A stretch of 64,000 bases of DNA from an uncultured bacterium (GTDB lineage Bacteria; Babelota; Babeliae; Babelales; JABCYS01): assembly GCA_963705705.1 (NCBI GenBank), contig CAVPKK010000006.1, positions 32,001 through 96,000 of the forward strand, read 5' to 3'. Shown piece by piece: positions 48,108 through 57,814 of this stretch. The position numbers and the translations under genes are program-made. Position 1 is the stretch's first letter; the number at the start of each line of letters is the position of its first letter. The notes below the pieces were generated by a model that was not told the DNA's origin, searched no databases, and was given only the letters and a program-made list of their open reading frames with translations.

Positions 48108-49279
48108 ATGAGTAAAGAATTAAAATCCACCCTTAAAGAAATTAACCTCGCCAACAAAAGAGTCATCCTTCGCGCAGACCTTAATGTACCCTTACATGAC
48201 GGCACAATAACCAGCGATTTTAAAATCAAAGCCTTACTTCCCACCATCCACTACATCTTGGATCATGGTGCCCGCATCACCCTATTAACCCACCTTGGCC
48301 GCCCAAGGGTCCAGATCCGAAATATTCAACGCGCCCCTTAGTTGCCTGGTTCAAAAATCATGGTTTCGCCATTTCATTCCTCGAAAAACCAGATGCATCT
48401 GAAATAGATCCAAAGGCCCAAATAACCCTCCTCGAAAACCTTCGCTTCTTTCCGGGAGAAAAAGGCAAAGATGAAGCGTTTGCCAAACAATTGCGTACGT
48501 TGGGAGATGTCTATGTTAATGATGCTTTCGGCGTTTTACATCGTAACGATACATCAGTGACACTTTTGCCAACATTATTTGCATCGGATGATCGGACTAT
48601 TGGTTTCTTGGTTGAGAAAGAATTGGCAGCCTTATCCAAGCTGGTTAATTCTCCTGAACAACCCTTTGTATTTATCTGCGGTGGCGGAAAAATTCATGAT
48701 AAGTTGCCGCTCATTGAAGCTATGTTACCTCGAGTGCAAACCGTTCTTTTTTGCCCGGCAATTTCTTGCACGGTCAGCAAAGCGCTCGGTAAATCAGTCG
48801 GCAAATCATTGGTAGATGATAGTAGTATTGCAGGCGTTACGGATTTTTTTCAAAAAGCATACACCCGTGGTGTTCGTATTCTATTGCCATCAGATTATCA
48901 AGTGGCCAAGGATACTTTACAAGGCCCACTTTCGTGCGCATGCGCGGATGATTTTCCGTTCGATGCCATGGCAATCTCAATTGGATCCTGCACTGTGGAA
49001 TGTTACGCAGAAGAAATTCAGAAAGCTAAAACAATATTTTTCAATGGACTGCCAGGCTTCGTTGATCGTCCAGAAACACTCGAAGGTGCGGCTGGCATAT
49101 TCAAAGCAATGGGTAGTAGTTCCGGCTATAGTGTAATTGGCGGTGGCGAAAGCGTAGCGGCAGTACAGGAACTTGGGTTAGATGACCGCATTGATTATCT
49201 CTCAACTGGCGGCGGCGCATCGTTGGCATACTTGGCTGGCGAAGAATTGCCTGGATTGAAAGTGTTTGAGAAAAATTAA
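48108..49279 (+). pseudogene. pgk: Phosphoglycerate kinase split by a 1-nt frameshift near 48305
   Basis: RADLNVP and THLGRP in one frame; KGPDPKYST...LLENLRF, VYVNDAFG, GGGES, STGGGASL in the -1 frame. Confidence 0.85.
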
Positions 49280-51078
49280 CTTGTTTGATCTGACAGCCGC
49301 TTCCGCTCTTCGCGTTTCCTTTGATAATAATCACGCATTTCTTTCTTGGCAGATTCTGGGTTGGCAGGGTATTTTTGTAACGCCTTTCTTATCGTGCGAA
49401 CCGCCTTGAATGCCTGTGCGGCTTCGGCTTGAGATTTCAAAATCATCTCATCGTATGTCTTTATCATTTCATCATATATTTTTCTTTCCTCGGAAGTAAA
49501 ACTAAATTCATCTCCTTTATTCATAATGTACATATTGTGCGCCAGATATCTCGAAAATAACTCTGCGTATTGCAAAGGATCTTCAAAGGTCGTCATCACA
49601 CCATGTACATCAGAAATCAAAACATTCAGACCTGGAAAAACACCCGCTATGGCTTTTTTTGCACCCATCGGGCGTGCCGCCTTGGTTCGCGAATGAAAAA
49701 ATTCACCACGTGCATAAAGCGCTGCAAGAGGAGCTAATGGCGAAATATAAAATAAATTCCATGGAGTTCCGTGACTAATATATTGTTTTTTGTTCACCAT
49801 TAAAGCATAGCCGCCATGCTTGGCGAGATACATATAAGGGCATGCGCCCCAATCATTAAAGTAGCCAATAAATAATGAATTGCCGAATGAGATAGAAAAA
49901 GGCTGATATGATGATGTCTTATAGTCGCGTGCGATATCTGTAGAAAGCCAGGTTCCTTTCAACGTGCTGCCCATCAATTGTAATTGTTTATTAGCCGTAA
50001 TATTGAAGGAGATTGGAGCTGTACCGCGAAAAAGCAATCCCTTATTCTCCGACCGTGCTTTATACTCCAACTTTATTGCTTGGGCCAACAAGCCGAGAGG
50101 ATGTAATTCAGTGGGATTAGTCTCATTTTTCTTGAGCTCAAAGCCTGGGCCTTCCTTAAAGACGGGAGCTTTTTTAACAACTTTAATAACATTCACCACA
50201 AAAGCTGCAAATAGCGACGATATAGCCTCGACTCGCTGTGATAGAACTGAGCTATCGTTTATTGAACCAAGACCATCGTCAAACTTAAAGAGTACTGCAC
50301 CAAGTGCATTGTTGATCTCAAAAAAAGCAGATCTGTAAAAGAAACGGTTGAAGAAGCGAAATTTACCATATATTTCCCGATAAATTTCATCGGCTGGCTT
50401 ATTGGAATTATTTAATATATCTAAGAGATCAATGTCACCACTGGTAATGAAAGGAAAATGAATTTTGTTGGCCAGATCCGGATTAATTTTGAAAATTAAA
50501 TGATTCGCCTCTGGGAAAGACAAATAAACAATCCCTTCATTTTTTTTAGATAGTTCATGTTCGAATTCATCAAACCTGGCTTGGTCGAATGGGCCATCCG
50601 GCGTTAGTGGTAAGGCGGCATCTAATAATGATTTCTTATCAACCGGCGATAGATCTGCAATATCGATCCATCTGGAACTACTTTCTTTATAAGCATTTGT
50701 TAACGGTGAATTAGGAACTTGGTCACTAGTCACGGCAAAAAGTTCATAGATGCTTGTTGGTATAAACACAACATCATAATTGGGATTGATTGCCTGCAAT
50801 TTCCTGCGAATGAATTTTTCTTCAGCATAAGGCTTGGGCGACAAAAGCTCATCCTCTTCCTGCTTGGTCAAATCGCTATTGGCGATAACCATAGGCCACT
50901 CATATTTTAATAGAATGTGTGCTATCAAACTCTTATTTTTCTCATCGCTCTCATCTAGCGGCACAAAACCATGCTTGCCTTTCTTAATGACAAGAAGTTC
51001 GGCGTAGACGGGGATTGCTGAGATCAAAATCCCGAGGCAAATTGCCCTTAATACAATGCATGTTCTTATTTGCTTCAT
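49276..51078 (-). CDS. Secreted hypothetical protein
   Basis: Signal MKQIRTCIVLRAICLGILISAIPVYA; long ORF. Confidence 0.8.
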   Translation of the reverse strand: MKQIRTCIVLRAICLGILISAIPVYAELLVIKKGKHGFVPLDESDEKNKSLIAHILLKYEWPMVIANSDLTKQEEDELLSPKPYAEEKFIRRKLQAINPNYDVVFIPTSIYELFAVTSDQVPNSPLTNAYKESSSRWIDIADLSPVDKKSLLDAALPLTPDGPFDQARFDEFEHELSKKNEGIVYLSFPEANHLIFKINPDLANKIHFPFITSGDIDLLDILNNSNKPADEIYREIYGKFRFFNRFFYRSAFFEINNALGAVLFKFDDGLGSINDSSVLSQRVEAISSLFAAFVVNVIKVVKKAPVFKEGPGFELKKNETNPTELHPLGLLAQAIKLEYKARSENKGLLFRGTAPISFNITANKQLQLMGSTLKGTWLSTDIARDYKTSSYQPFSISFGNSLFIGYFNDWGACPYMYLAKHGGYALMVNKKQYISHGTPWNLFYISPLAPLAALYARGEFFHSRTKAARPMGAKKAIAGVFPGLNVLISDVHGVMTTFEDPLQYAELFSRYLAHNMYIMNKGDEFSFTSEERKIYDEMIKTYDEMILKSQAEAAQAFKAVRTIRKALQKYPANPESAKKEMRDYYQRKREERKRLSDQTS

Positions 51079-51094
51079 ATACTTTCCATTAATG

Positions 51095-53404
51095 TTAACC
51101 AAGTTGTTTAACATCTTGGTTGATCGCATCTACAATCGGATATCCTTTTTCTGCCCGCACCTTTATCGTTTCGCGTAACTTTTTCAGAGTTTCTGGCGTG
51201 AGGAGCTTTTGAACTGATCGCTTCTCAATACCTTTCAATTTTTCTTCAGCCTCTTTGGATAGCGTTTGATGTTCGGCAAAGTATTTTAAATCTTCCGCAA
51301 ATAGAGGCATATAATCCTGCGATAAAAGTTCCAAACCGGTTTTGCTCACCACTGCTGCGCCGCCAGACCCGTCCGTAAAAAAGATTTTCATACCTTGAGG
51401 GCTAATCTTATAGATAACTTTATACATACTTAAGAAACCTAGCGATGCTATAAAGGCTTCTATTTGGCCGACATAGAGAATTTTATTCTCATTAAATGAT
51501 TGATAGTCTCTCAATATATTTGTCATTATGAGGTCAGTAGCACATGTACCTGAAGCACATCCGGTCAGTGATATTTTTCGAATGGAAACTGCACTATTAT
51601 TGGGCATGGAAGTGAGCGTCTCTTTGATCATTTCGATGGCTTTTGCCGGCGCTATAGGTTTTTTAAACGCGTCCACCGTTCTATTTTGTAATTTACTTAT
51701 TGGCTCATTGCCTAACATGGGTAGCAATACGTTACGTTTCAGTAACAATTCATTGAACTGTTTCATCTCATAAAGCGATGGCTTAATAAATGGGAATTTA
51801 TAGGGCTGCCCATCCTTATAAAAATAGGATATAAAATCTTTACCGTTGGTACTGATAATGACTGAGCTATATATATCAAGATTGCTACTAATAGTGTCAA
51901 TAAAAAATAATTTTTCAGGGCCGGTGCTTCCTGTTGCGAGATCAAAACTCTTTATAATATCCTGCATGCTATGCTTAGAAGAGATTATCTTTTCTATATG
52001 GTGAATTGCGTTACCTGGAATCATGGAAACAATTTTGGGCATGCCGTTTGTATTAGTAATGAGTTCAAATGGAATGTCATGGGTATATAAAAGTATTGCA
52101 AGAGGCTCGCCTTCTTTGCCTTGTTTCTTGAAAAATGAACTAATGTCCAAAGGATTTGTTCTGGCCTTTGCCAAAATAGATCCAATAGCAACCGTCTTAT
52201 TGACGCTATCAAGGACAGAAAACCATGGTAAGCCCGGCAGTTTAATCTGCGGCATATTTGTTAGATACTTTTGTTTCTTTAAATACTGCGAAGGTGAATA
52301 TACTATCGGTGCCACCATGTCATCGTAATCTTGCAAACTCGGCTGCACCATTTTTTCAAAAAAGGAATCAAAATTAAGAAGACGCAGAAGCTTAGGCTTT
52401 CCTTGCTCAACGCTGACTTTTGGCCATATCGAAAAAGTGACAGCATCCAATAATGCCATAGTAATAATGGGAAAAGGATAGGTTTTGGTAATCCCGCGTT
52501 CGGCATCTTTGTAAATGTACTCGGCATTCACCCCAGCTGCATAGCAAGAGTCATAAGTCAAAACTCGCATAAAAAGTTTGGTCTCGAGAAAACTCAAGAA
52601 CTTTTTAAAATCATCAAGCTTAAGAGAAACAATGCTACGATTTATATTTCCATGCCCCGTTATATAAATTCCCCAGAATGGGATTAGATTTCTGCTCGAA
52701 GCGGAGTATTCCTTCACCGCAACAAAGATCTTGCCAAGCGCTCCAACAAAATACTCTGCCTTGCCGAATGTTGATACAGGTTTTTTGATGTCGTTAACAT
52801 CTACGGTTGGCATGTGATTAACTATAATGCCTAATTTCTGTTCCATTTGTGTAATACCTTCTTGGGGCATGTAGTTAGATACTTCCGCACTATCTAAACC
52901 CTCTTTTTGTAGGTATTTCTTCGGTAATAACAGATATAGTTCCGGTATGATCTCTTTAATAATCCAGTTTTGGGCGGCATTCGCATTGAATGCGCCGACG
53001 GCGAGGATAGCATTATCGCTGTTTTCAAAATCAAATAGCGCGCTTTTCGCGGCGACGATTTCGCTCGCTGATGTTGCCTTCTGAGTGGCCGCCTCTAGCT
53101 TGGTATAGGCTTCTACCAAGCTTTTTGGATCTTGAAACTCTTGTGGCACATTATCCCCGCGAATGTTAACAAGCACAGATGCCGAAGCAATAATAGGCCC
53201 AGCTTCTTGATAGATAGCCGCAATAAGACTCCTACTAATGGCGCCGATCCGCCCATTCTCGCTATCGTCTAAAAAAATCAGCACACCTCGCATAGGATGC
53301 TCTTGCTCGGGAGCAACAGGGCTGGCCTGCAATGCTGGAACAAGTGCGAAGCCTATGAATATTACGTAGGCGATAAATAAGATCTGCTTTTGTATTTGCT
53401 TCAT
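51095..53404 (-). CDS. Secreted protein with caspase-like (clan CD) His/Cys motifs
   Basis: Signal peptide; IYITGHG and LTYDSCYAAG; paralogue of the next gene. Confidence 0.75.
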   Translation of the reverse strand: MKQIQKQILFIAYVIFIGFALVPALQASPVAPEQEHPMRGVLIFLDDSENGRIGAISRSLIAAIYQEAGPIIASASVLVNIRGDNVPQEFQDPKSLVEAYTKLEAATQKATSASEIVAAKSALFDFENSDNAILAVGAFNANAAQNWIIKEIIPELYLLLPKKYLQKEGLDSAEVSNYMPQEGITQMEQKLGIIVNHMPTVDVNDIKKPVSTFGKAEYFVGALGKIFVAVKEYSASSRNLIPFWGIYITGHGNINRSIVSLKLDDFKKFLSFLETKLFMRVLTYDSCYAAGVNAEYIYKDAERGITKTYPFPIITMALLDAVTFSIWPKVSVEQGKPKLLRLLNFDSFFEKMVQPSLQDYDDMVAPIVYSPSQYLKKQKYLTNMPQIKLPGLPWFSVLDSVNKTVAIGSILAKARTNPLDISSFFKKQGKEGEPLAILLYTHDIPFELITNTNGMPKIVSMIPGNAIHHIEKIISSKHSMQDIIKSFDLATGSTGPEKLFFIDTISSNLDIYSSVIISTNGKDFISYFYKDGQPYKFPFIKPSLYEMKQFNELLLKRNVLLPMLGNEPISKLQNRTVDAFKKPIAPAKAIEMIKETLTSMPNNSAVSIRKISLTGCASGTCATDLIMTNILRDYQSFNENKILYVGQIEAFIASLGFLSMYKVIYKISPQGMKIFFTDGSGGAAVVSKTGLELLSQDYMPLFAEDLKYFAEHQTLSKEAEEKLKGIEKRSVQKLLTPETLKKLRETIKVRAEKGYPIVDAINQDVKQLG

Positions 53405-53420
53405 CTACTGTCCTGGCATT

Positions 53421-56168
53421 TTATTGTTGGGCATCAAGTTGCTTAATATCTTGATTGATCGCATCTACAATCGGATCAAGCAAAAAAGCAAATTGGACGG
53501 TTTGCCCTTTATACTGAATATTCCTTGTTCTAGTCATTTGCTTGCGCAATTCGAGCGCCCGTAATAATACGGCTTTCGTATATGGTTCTTTCTTTAACAT
53601 ACTGATCACCTTCTCAACCTCTCCGGCAAGGCGACGAAGCCTATTTTGGATGACCACTTCTTTAAACTCCGTTAACCGATCTAATATTAGTTGCTTTTGC
53701 AATGCAGGTTGCACTGGTTGTAGGACTGGCTGAGCCGGAGGCAGAGGTTTTGGCGCTTCTGTTTTTGGTGTCGGTACTATTGGAGCAGGAATCTGGGGTT
53801 GTGAAACTGGCAATTTTGCTGGGGCTACCGGTGCCGATGCCTGTGGTTGTTGCGGCGCAACTATCGGCATTGCAAGTTTTTGTGGTGCGATGGCTGGTGC
53901 TTTGGTCTTTCGAAGCGCGCCTTTTTCTGCCTGCGTCTGTATCGTTTCACGCAAATTTTTCAGAGCCTCTGGCGTGAGAAGCTTTTGAACTGATCGCTTC
54001 TCAACACCTTCCAACTTTTCCTCATCATCTTTGGATAACGTCTGATGTTCGGCAAAGTATTTTAAATCTTTCGCAAATAGTGGCGCATAATCCTCCGGTA
54101 AAAATTCCATACCGGTCTTGCTTAAGGCTGCATTACCGGTAGACCCGCCCCTAAAAAAAATTTTCATACCTTCAGGGCTAACCTTATAAATAACATTATA
54201 CGTAACTGCGCAACGATGCGGCTCTACACAGGCTTCTATTTGGCCAACATAGAAAATTTTATTCTCATTAAATGATTCGTAGTCTCTCAGTGTATCTGCC
54301 ATTATGGGATCACTAACACATAACTCTGAAGCACATCCGGTCAGTGATATTTTTCGAATGGCCACTGCACTATTATTGGGCATGGAAGTAAGCGTCTGTT
54401 TTATCTTTTCGATAGCTTCTGCGACCGCCATAGAGTTTTCAAATGCTTCCACCGTTCTACTTTGCAATTCACGTATTGGCTCGTTCGTTGGCTTAGATAG
54501 CACAATGTCACGTTTCAATATTAGTTCATGGAACTGTTTCATCTCATCAAGCGAAAGCTTAATAAATGGGAATTTATAGGGCTGCCCATCCTTATAAAAA
54601 TAGGATTTAAAGACTTTACCGTTTGTATTGATAATGATAGAACTGTACGCATCGGAATTACTACTAATAGTGTCAATAAAAAATAATTTATCAGGGCCGG
54701 TGTATCCTATTGCGAGATCAAAACTCTTTATAATATCCTGCGCGCTGTGTTTGGAAGAGCTTATCTTTTCGATCTGGTGAAATGTCTTACCCGGAATCAT
54801 AGAAACGATTTTGGGCATCTCGGTTGTACTAATGATGAGTTCAAATGGAACGACATGCGTATATAAAAGTAGTGCAAGCGGCTCACCTTTTTTGCCTTGT
54901 TTCTTGAAAAATGAATTAATGTCCAAAGGCTCTGTTCTGGCCTTTGCCAAAATAGAACCAATAGCAACTGTTTTATTGCCGCTATCAAGGACGGAGAACC
55001 ATGGCAATCCTGGCAGTTTAATCTGCGGCGTACTCGGTATCAAATAATTTTTTAGTAGGTACTTTGAAGGATCTATTGTCGCAATCAAATCATGGTAGTC
55101 TTGCAAAAACGGCTGCGTCATTTTTTCAAAAAACGAAGCGAAATTAAGCAGGCGTACGAGCACAGGTGTTCCTTGTCTCACGGTAAACATTGGGGCTGGC
55201 CCGGCGGTGATTGCATCCAATAACGCCATAGTAATAATTGGAAAAGAATAAGTTTTAATGACTCCGCGTTCTGTATCTTTGTAAATATACTCAGCATTAA
55301 CTCCCGCTGCGTAACAAGAACTGTACGTTAAAATTCGCGTAAGAATTTTGGTTTCTAGAAAGTTCAGGAATCCTTTAAAATCGTCAAGTTTGAGGCGAAC
55401 AATAGTGTGATTTAAACTTCCATGACCTTTTATATAAATCCCCCAGAACGGTATAAAGTTGTTGCTCGAAGCGGAGTATTCCTTCGCTGTAACAAAAGTA
55501 TTGCCGAGCGCTCCAACAAAATAATCTGCCGTGTCGAATACTACTATAGGTTTTTTGATGTCGTTAACCTGTGCGGTTGGCATGTGATTAACTTTAAGAC
55601 CTAATTTCTGTTCCATCGGCGTAATACCTCCTTGAGGCATGTAGTTAGATACTTCCGCAATATCTAAACCCTCTTTTTGCAGATATTTCTTGGGTAATAG
55701 CAGATATAGCTCTGGTATAATCTCTTTAATGATCCAATTGTTGGCGGTATTGGCATTGAATGCGCCCATCCCGAGGATGGCATTTACATTGTTTTCAAAA
55801 TCGATTTGCGCTCTTTTTGCGGCAGAGATTTCGCTCGCTGATGTTGCCTTCAGAATGGCTGCCTCTAACTTATTATAGGCTTCTACTAGGCTTTTTGGAT
55901 CTTGAAACTCTGGTGGCACATTATCCCCGCGAATATTAACCAGAACCGATGCCGAAGCAATAATAGGCCCTGCTTCCTGATAGATAGCTGCAATAAGATC
56001 GCTACTGATGCCACCGATCACACCATTCTCGCTATCATCTAAAAAAATTAGCACACCTCGTATGGGATGCTCCTGTTCAGGAGCTGCGGGATTTGCACGC
56101 AAGTTTTGAATCTGAAACAAACCTATGCATAATGCATATGCAATAAAAATAGATCGTTGGCGCTTCAT
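53421..56168 (-). CDS. Secreted protein with caspase-like His/Cys motifs and a Pro-rich linker
   Basis: IYIKGHG and LTYSSCYAAG; colinear with the 51095 gene. Confidence 0.75.
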   Translation of the reverse strand: MKRQRSIFIAYALCIGLFQIQNLRANPAAPEQEHPIRGVLIFLDDSENGVIGGISSDLIAAIYQEAGPIIASASVLVNIRGDNVPPEFQDPKSLVEAYNKLEAAILKATSASEISAAKRAQIDFENNVNAILGMGAFNANTANNWIIKEIIPELYLLLPKKYLQKEGLDIAEVSNYMPQGGITPMEQKLGLKVNHMPTAQVNDIKKPIVVFDTADYFVGALGNTFVTAKEYSASSNNFIPFWGIYIKGHGSLNHTIVRLKLDDFKGFLNFLETKILTRILTYSSCYAAGVNAEYIYKDTERGVIKTYSFPIITMALLDAITAGPAPMFTVRQGTPVLVRLLNFASFFEKMTQPFLQDYHDLIATIDPSKYLLKNYLIPSTPQIKLPGLPWFSVLDSGNKTVAIGSILAKARTEPLDINSFFKKQGKKGEPLALLLYTHVVPFELIISTTEMPKIVSMIPGKTFHQIEKISSSKHSAQDIIKSFDLAIGYTGPDKLFFIDTISSNSDAYSSIIINTNGKVFKSYFYKDGQPYKFPFIKLSLDEMKQFHELILKRDIVLSKPTNEPIRELQSRTVEAFENSMAVAEAIEKIKQTLTSMPNNSAVAIRKISLTGCASELCVSDPIMADTLRDYESFNENKIFYVGQIEACVEPHRCAVTYNVIYKVSPEGMKIFFRGGSTGNAALSKTGMEFLPEDYAPLFAKDLKYFAEHQTLSKDDEEKLEGVEKRSVQKLLTPEALKNLRETIQTQAEKGALRKTKAPAIAPQKLAMPIVAPQQPQASAPVAPAKLPVSQPQIPAPIVPTPKTEAPKPLPPAQPVLQPVQPALQKQLILDRLTEFKEVVIQNRLRRLAGEVEKVISMLKKEPYTKAVLLRALELRKQMTRTRNIQYKGQTVQFAFLLDPIVDAINQDIKQLDAQQ

Positions 56169-56280
56169 CTACTATCCTTTTTTTGCCCTACAAATAAAAA
56201 TGGGGTGCTAGCATCTTGCACTTGGCTTCATAACTGCTCAAGCAAGGTCCAACACCCGTTCGCTTTAGGACGAATTTTAT

Positions 56281-56472
56281 TTATCTTTTACGCCACTTAG
56301 GCAGGCCATCACCTGGATTATTAATGCGGCCGACTTTTTTAAATTGCTTACCGTACATTCTATTTTCTGTGGTATCAGCCATGCTCTTTGCGCTTAGCGC
56401 ACAGTGCCGCATGCTCTCGATAACGCTTTTAGCGTCATGCTTTTTCTTTCCGCCCTTTTTTATACGCTTCAT
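56281..56472 (-). CDS. Small highly basic protein
   Basis: AGGA RBS; MKRIKKGGKKKH...PKWRKR. Confidence 0.55.
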   Translation of the reverse strand: MKRIKKGGKKKHDAKSVIESMRHCALSAKSMADTTENRMYGKQFKKVGRINNPGDGLPKWRKR

Positions 56473-56473
56473 G

Positions 56474-56611
56474 TTACTTCCTTGTTGTTTCGGTTGTTGT
56501 TTTATTAACTGGTGCAACATTAAGTGTATGCGGTTTGCGATGTGCGCTCATTACAAACCAATCAAGTAGCGCGAATGCGCATATGAGCAATAATAGTCTT
56601 TTGTTCTTCAT
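56474..56611 (-). CDS. Small secreted peptide, 45 aa (below the ORF track cutoff)
   Basis: GGAG RBS; MKNKRLLLLICAFALLDWFVMSAHRKPHTLNVAPVNKTTTETTRK*; stop 1 nt before the next ATG. Confidence 0.5.
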   Translation of the reverse strand: MKNKRLLLLICAFALLDWFVMSAHRKPHTLNVAPVNKTTTETTRK

Positions 56612-56626
56612 TAGTGTCTCTCCCAG

Positions 56627-56682
56627 GTCCGACATAGCTCATTGCAAAGCACGATGGATTTAATCCAAGCATAAGCGTCGGC
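56627..56682. repeat. Palindromic repeat family B
   Basis: GTCCGACATAGCTCATTGC...AGCGTCGGC, compare 4474..4528. Confidence 0.6.
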
Positions 56683-56810
56683 CGACGATGCATTTTTAGC
56701 TCATCATTACACTAGCATAGTCGTGTTTCGAATTGCAATATTTAGCTTTTCTGGAAATTAAAGGAGTCAAGAGGGAAGCAGCATATGTAAAAAAAATGGG
56801 CAATAATACG

Positions 56811-56851
56811 AAAAAAGCAGTCACAAGATCAGATGAGCTCATGACTGCTTT
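56811..56851 (-). terminator. Intrinsic terminator of the 56872 gene
   Basis: AAAGCAGTCA...TGACTGCTTT inverted repeat with A-run. Confidence 0.7.
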
Positions 56852-56871
56852 GTATTTTTCAAACAAAGAAT

Positions 56872-57408
56872 TTAAAACAGCGGGCAGAAATTGAGGAGAT
56901 ATAAGCTATTAAATAAGTGCTCCTCAACGCCATCGAGCTTTTGGCCGGAGTATTCGTAGACTAAGAAGCCATAATTATCATGCTTCATTTCCCAAGTTCT
57001 GAAGGCAGGAACCTTAATACCTAATTTCTGTGCAATTTCCTGCGCCTTGAATGGATCAAAGTCGCCGTTCTTTAAAATACTTGGCTGTACGCTTTGGCGG
57101 ACAAGTTGGTTGAATGACATACCTTGAAGATGGCTAATGAAAGATTGGGGGTCTTGCCACATGCGCTCAGCATCACCGAATGCAACACTCGAATCAAAGC
57201 CTGCTACCCCTTTGAAATGATTAAAATCGGGGTTGTCGATAAAGAATGCTGCCTTGCTCAAGTTAAATGCACGCTCATGACAAAGCTCATGCAATACAAA
57301 TGAGGGCGTATGTTCAAGCCCTTCTAAGGCAACAATTTTTTTGGGCAGATGTGCCAACTTTTGCAGAAGATCATGCGGAACTGCATGCTCAGAATTATTT
57401 TTATACAT
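56872..57408 (-). CDS. Hypothetical protein, possibly GAF-like
   Basis: AGGAG RBS; 178-aa ORF divergent from dnaA; the fold is a guess from the pattern AAFFID...FKGVAG. Confidence 0.7.
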   Translation of the reverse strand: MYKNNSEHAVPHDLLQKLAHLPKKIVALEGLEHTPSFVLHELCHERAFNLSKAAFFIDNPDFNHFKGVAGFDSSVAFGDAERMWQDPQSFISHLQGMSFNQLVRQSVQPSILKNGDFDPFKAQEIAQKLGIKVPAFRTWEMKHDNYGFLVYEYSGQKLDGVEEHLFNSLYLLNFCPLF

Positions 57409-57814
57409 TAGTACTCCTTTTTTTAAACCCCAATCTTGTGACCGGGATATTAGACCGATGACCTACCAACAATAGCGCAGCAAAAAAATTGTGGCAATAG
57501 TCAATAGATATATGTCATAAAAGCGCTTTACAACAGCAAAAACTCCCATTCATTTTATGTCTCCAAGTGATTTTATTGTCTTTTAATCCTTAGAATATGA
57601 CCGTCGGTCGAGTAGGTGCAAGTTGGGCAACACCAAAAAATTCTGAATGAGCTGCAGCCACATGCCGGTCAATCAAAATCATTAAAATATTCGATGCGGA
57701 CGTGTATAAGGATTCTATTGCATGAACGGCTGCAACCTTTTAGACTTACCGGCCAAACCTCTTTAAAAAAGAAATCCTCACATATAAAAAATTTAACTTT
57801 GGTACTGAAACCCC

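Noticed and set aside
56281..56472. rpmH (L34) near dnaA
   Set aside because: Basic, but lacks the KRT(F/Y)QP and HGFR.RM motifs
56763..56783. SRP RNA, from a GGAAGCAGC match
   Set aside because: No preceding CAGG-N-GNRA helix or long flanking stem
57409..57814. oriC upstream of dnaA
   Set aside because: AT-rich but no convincing DnaA-box cluster seen
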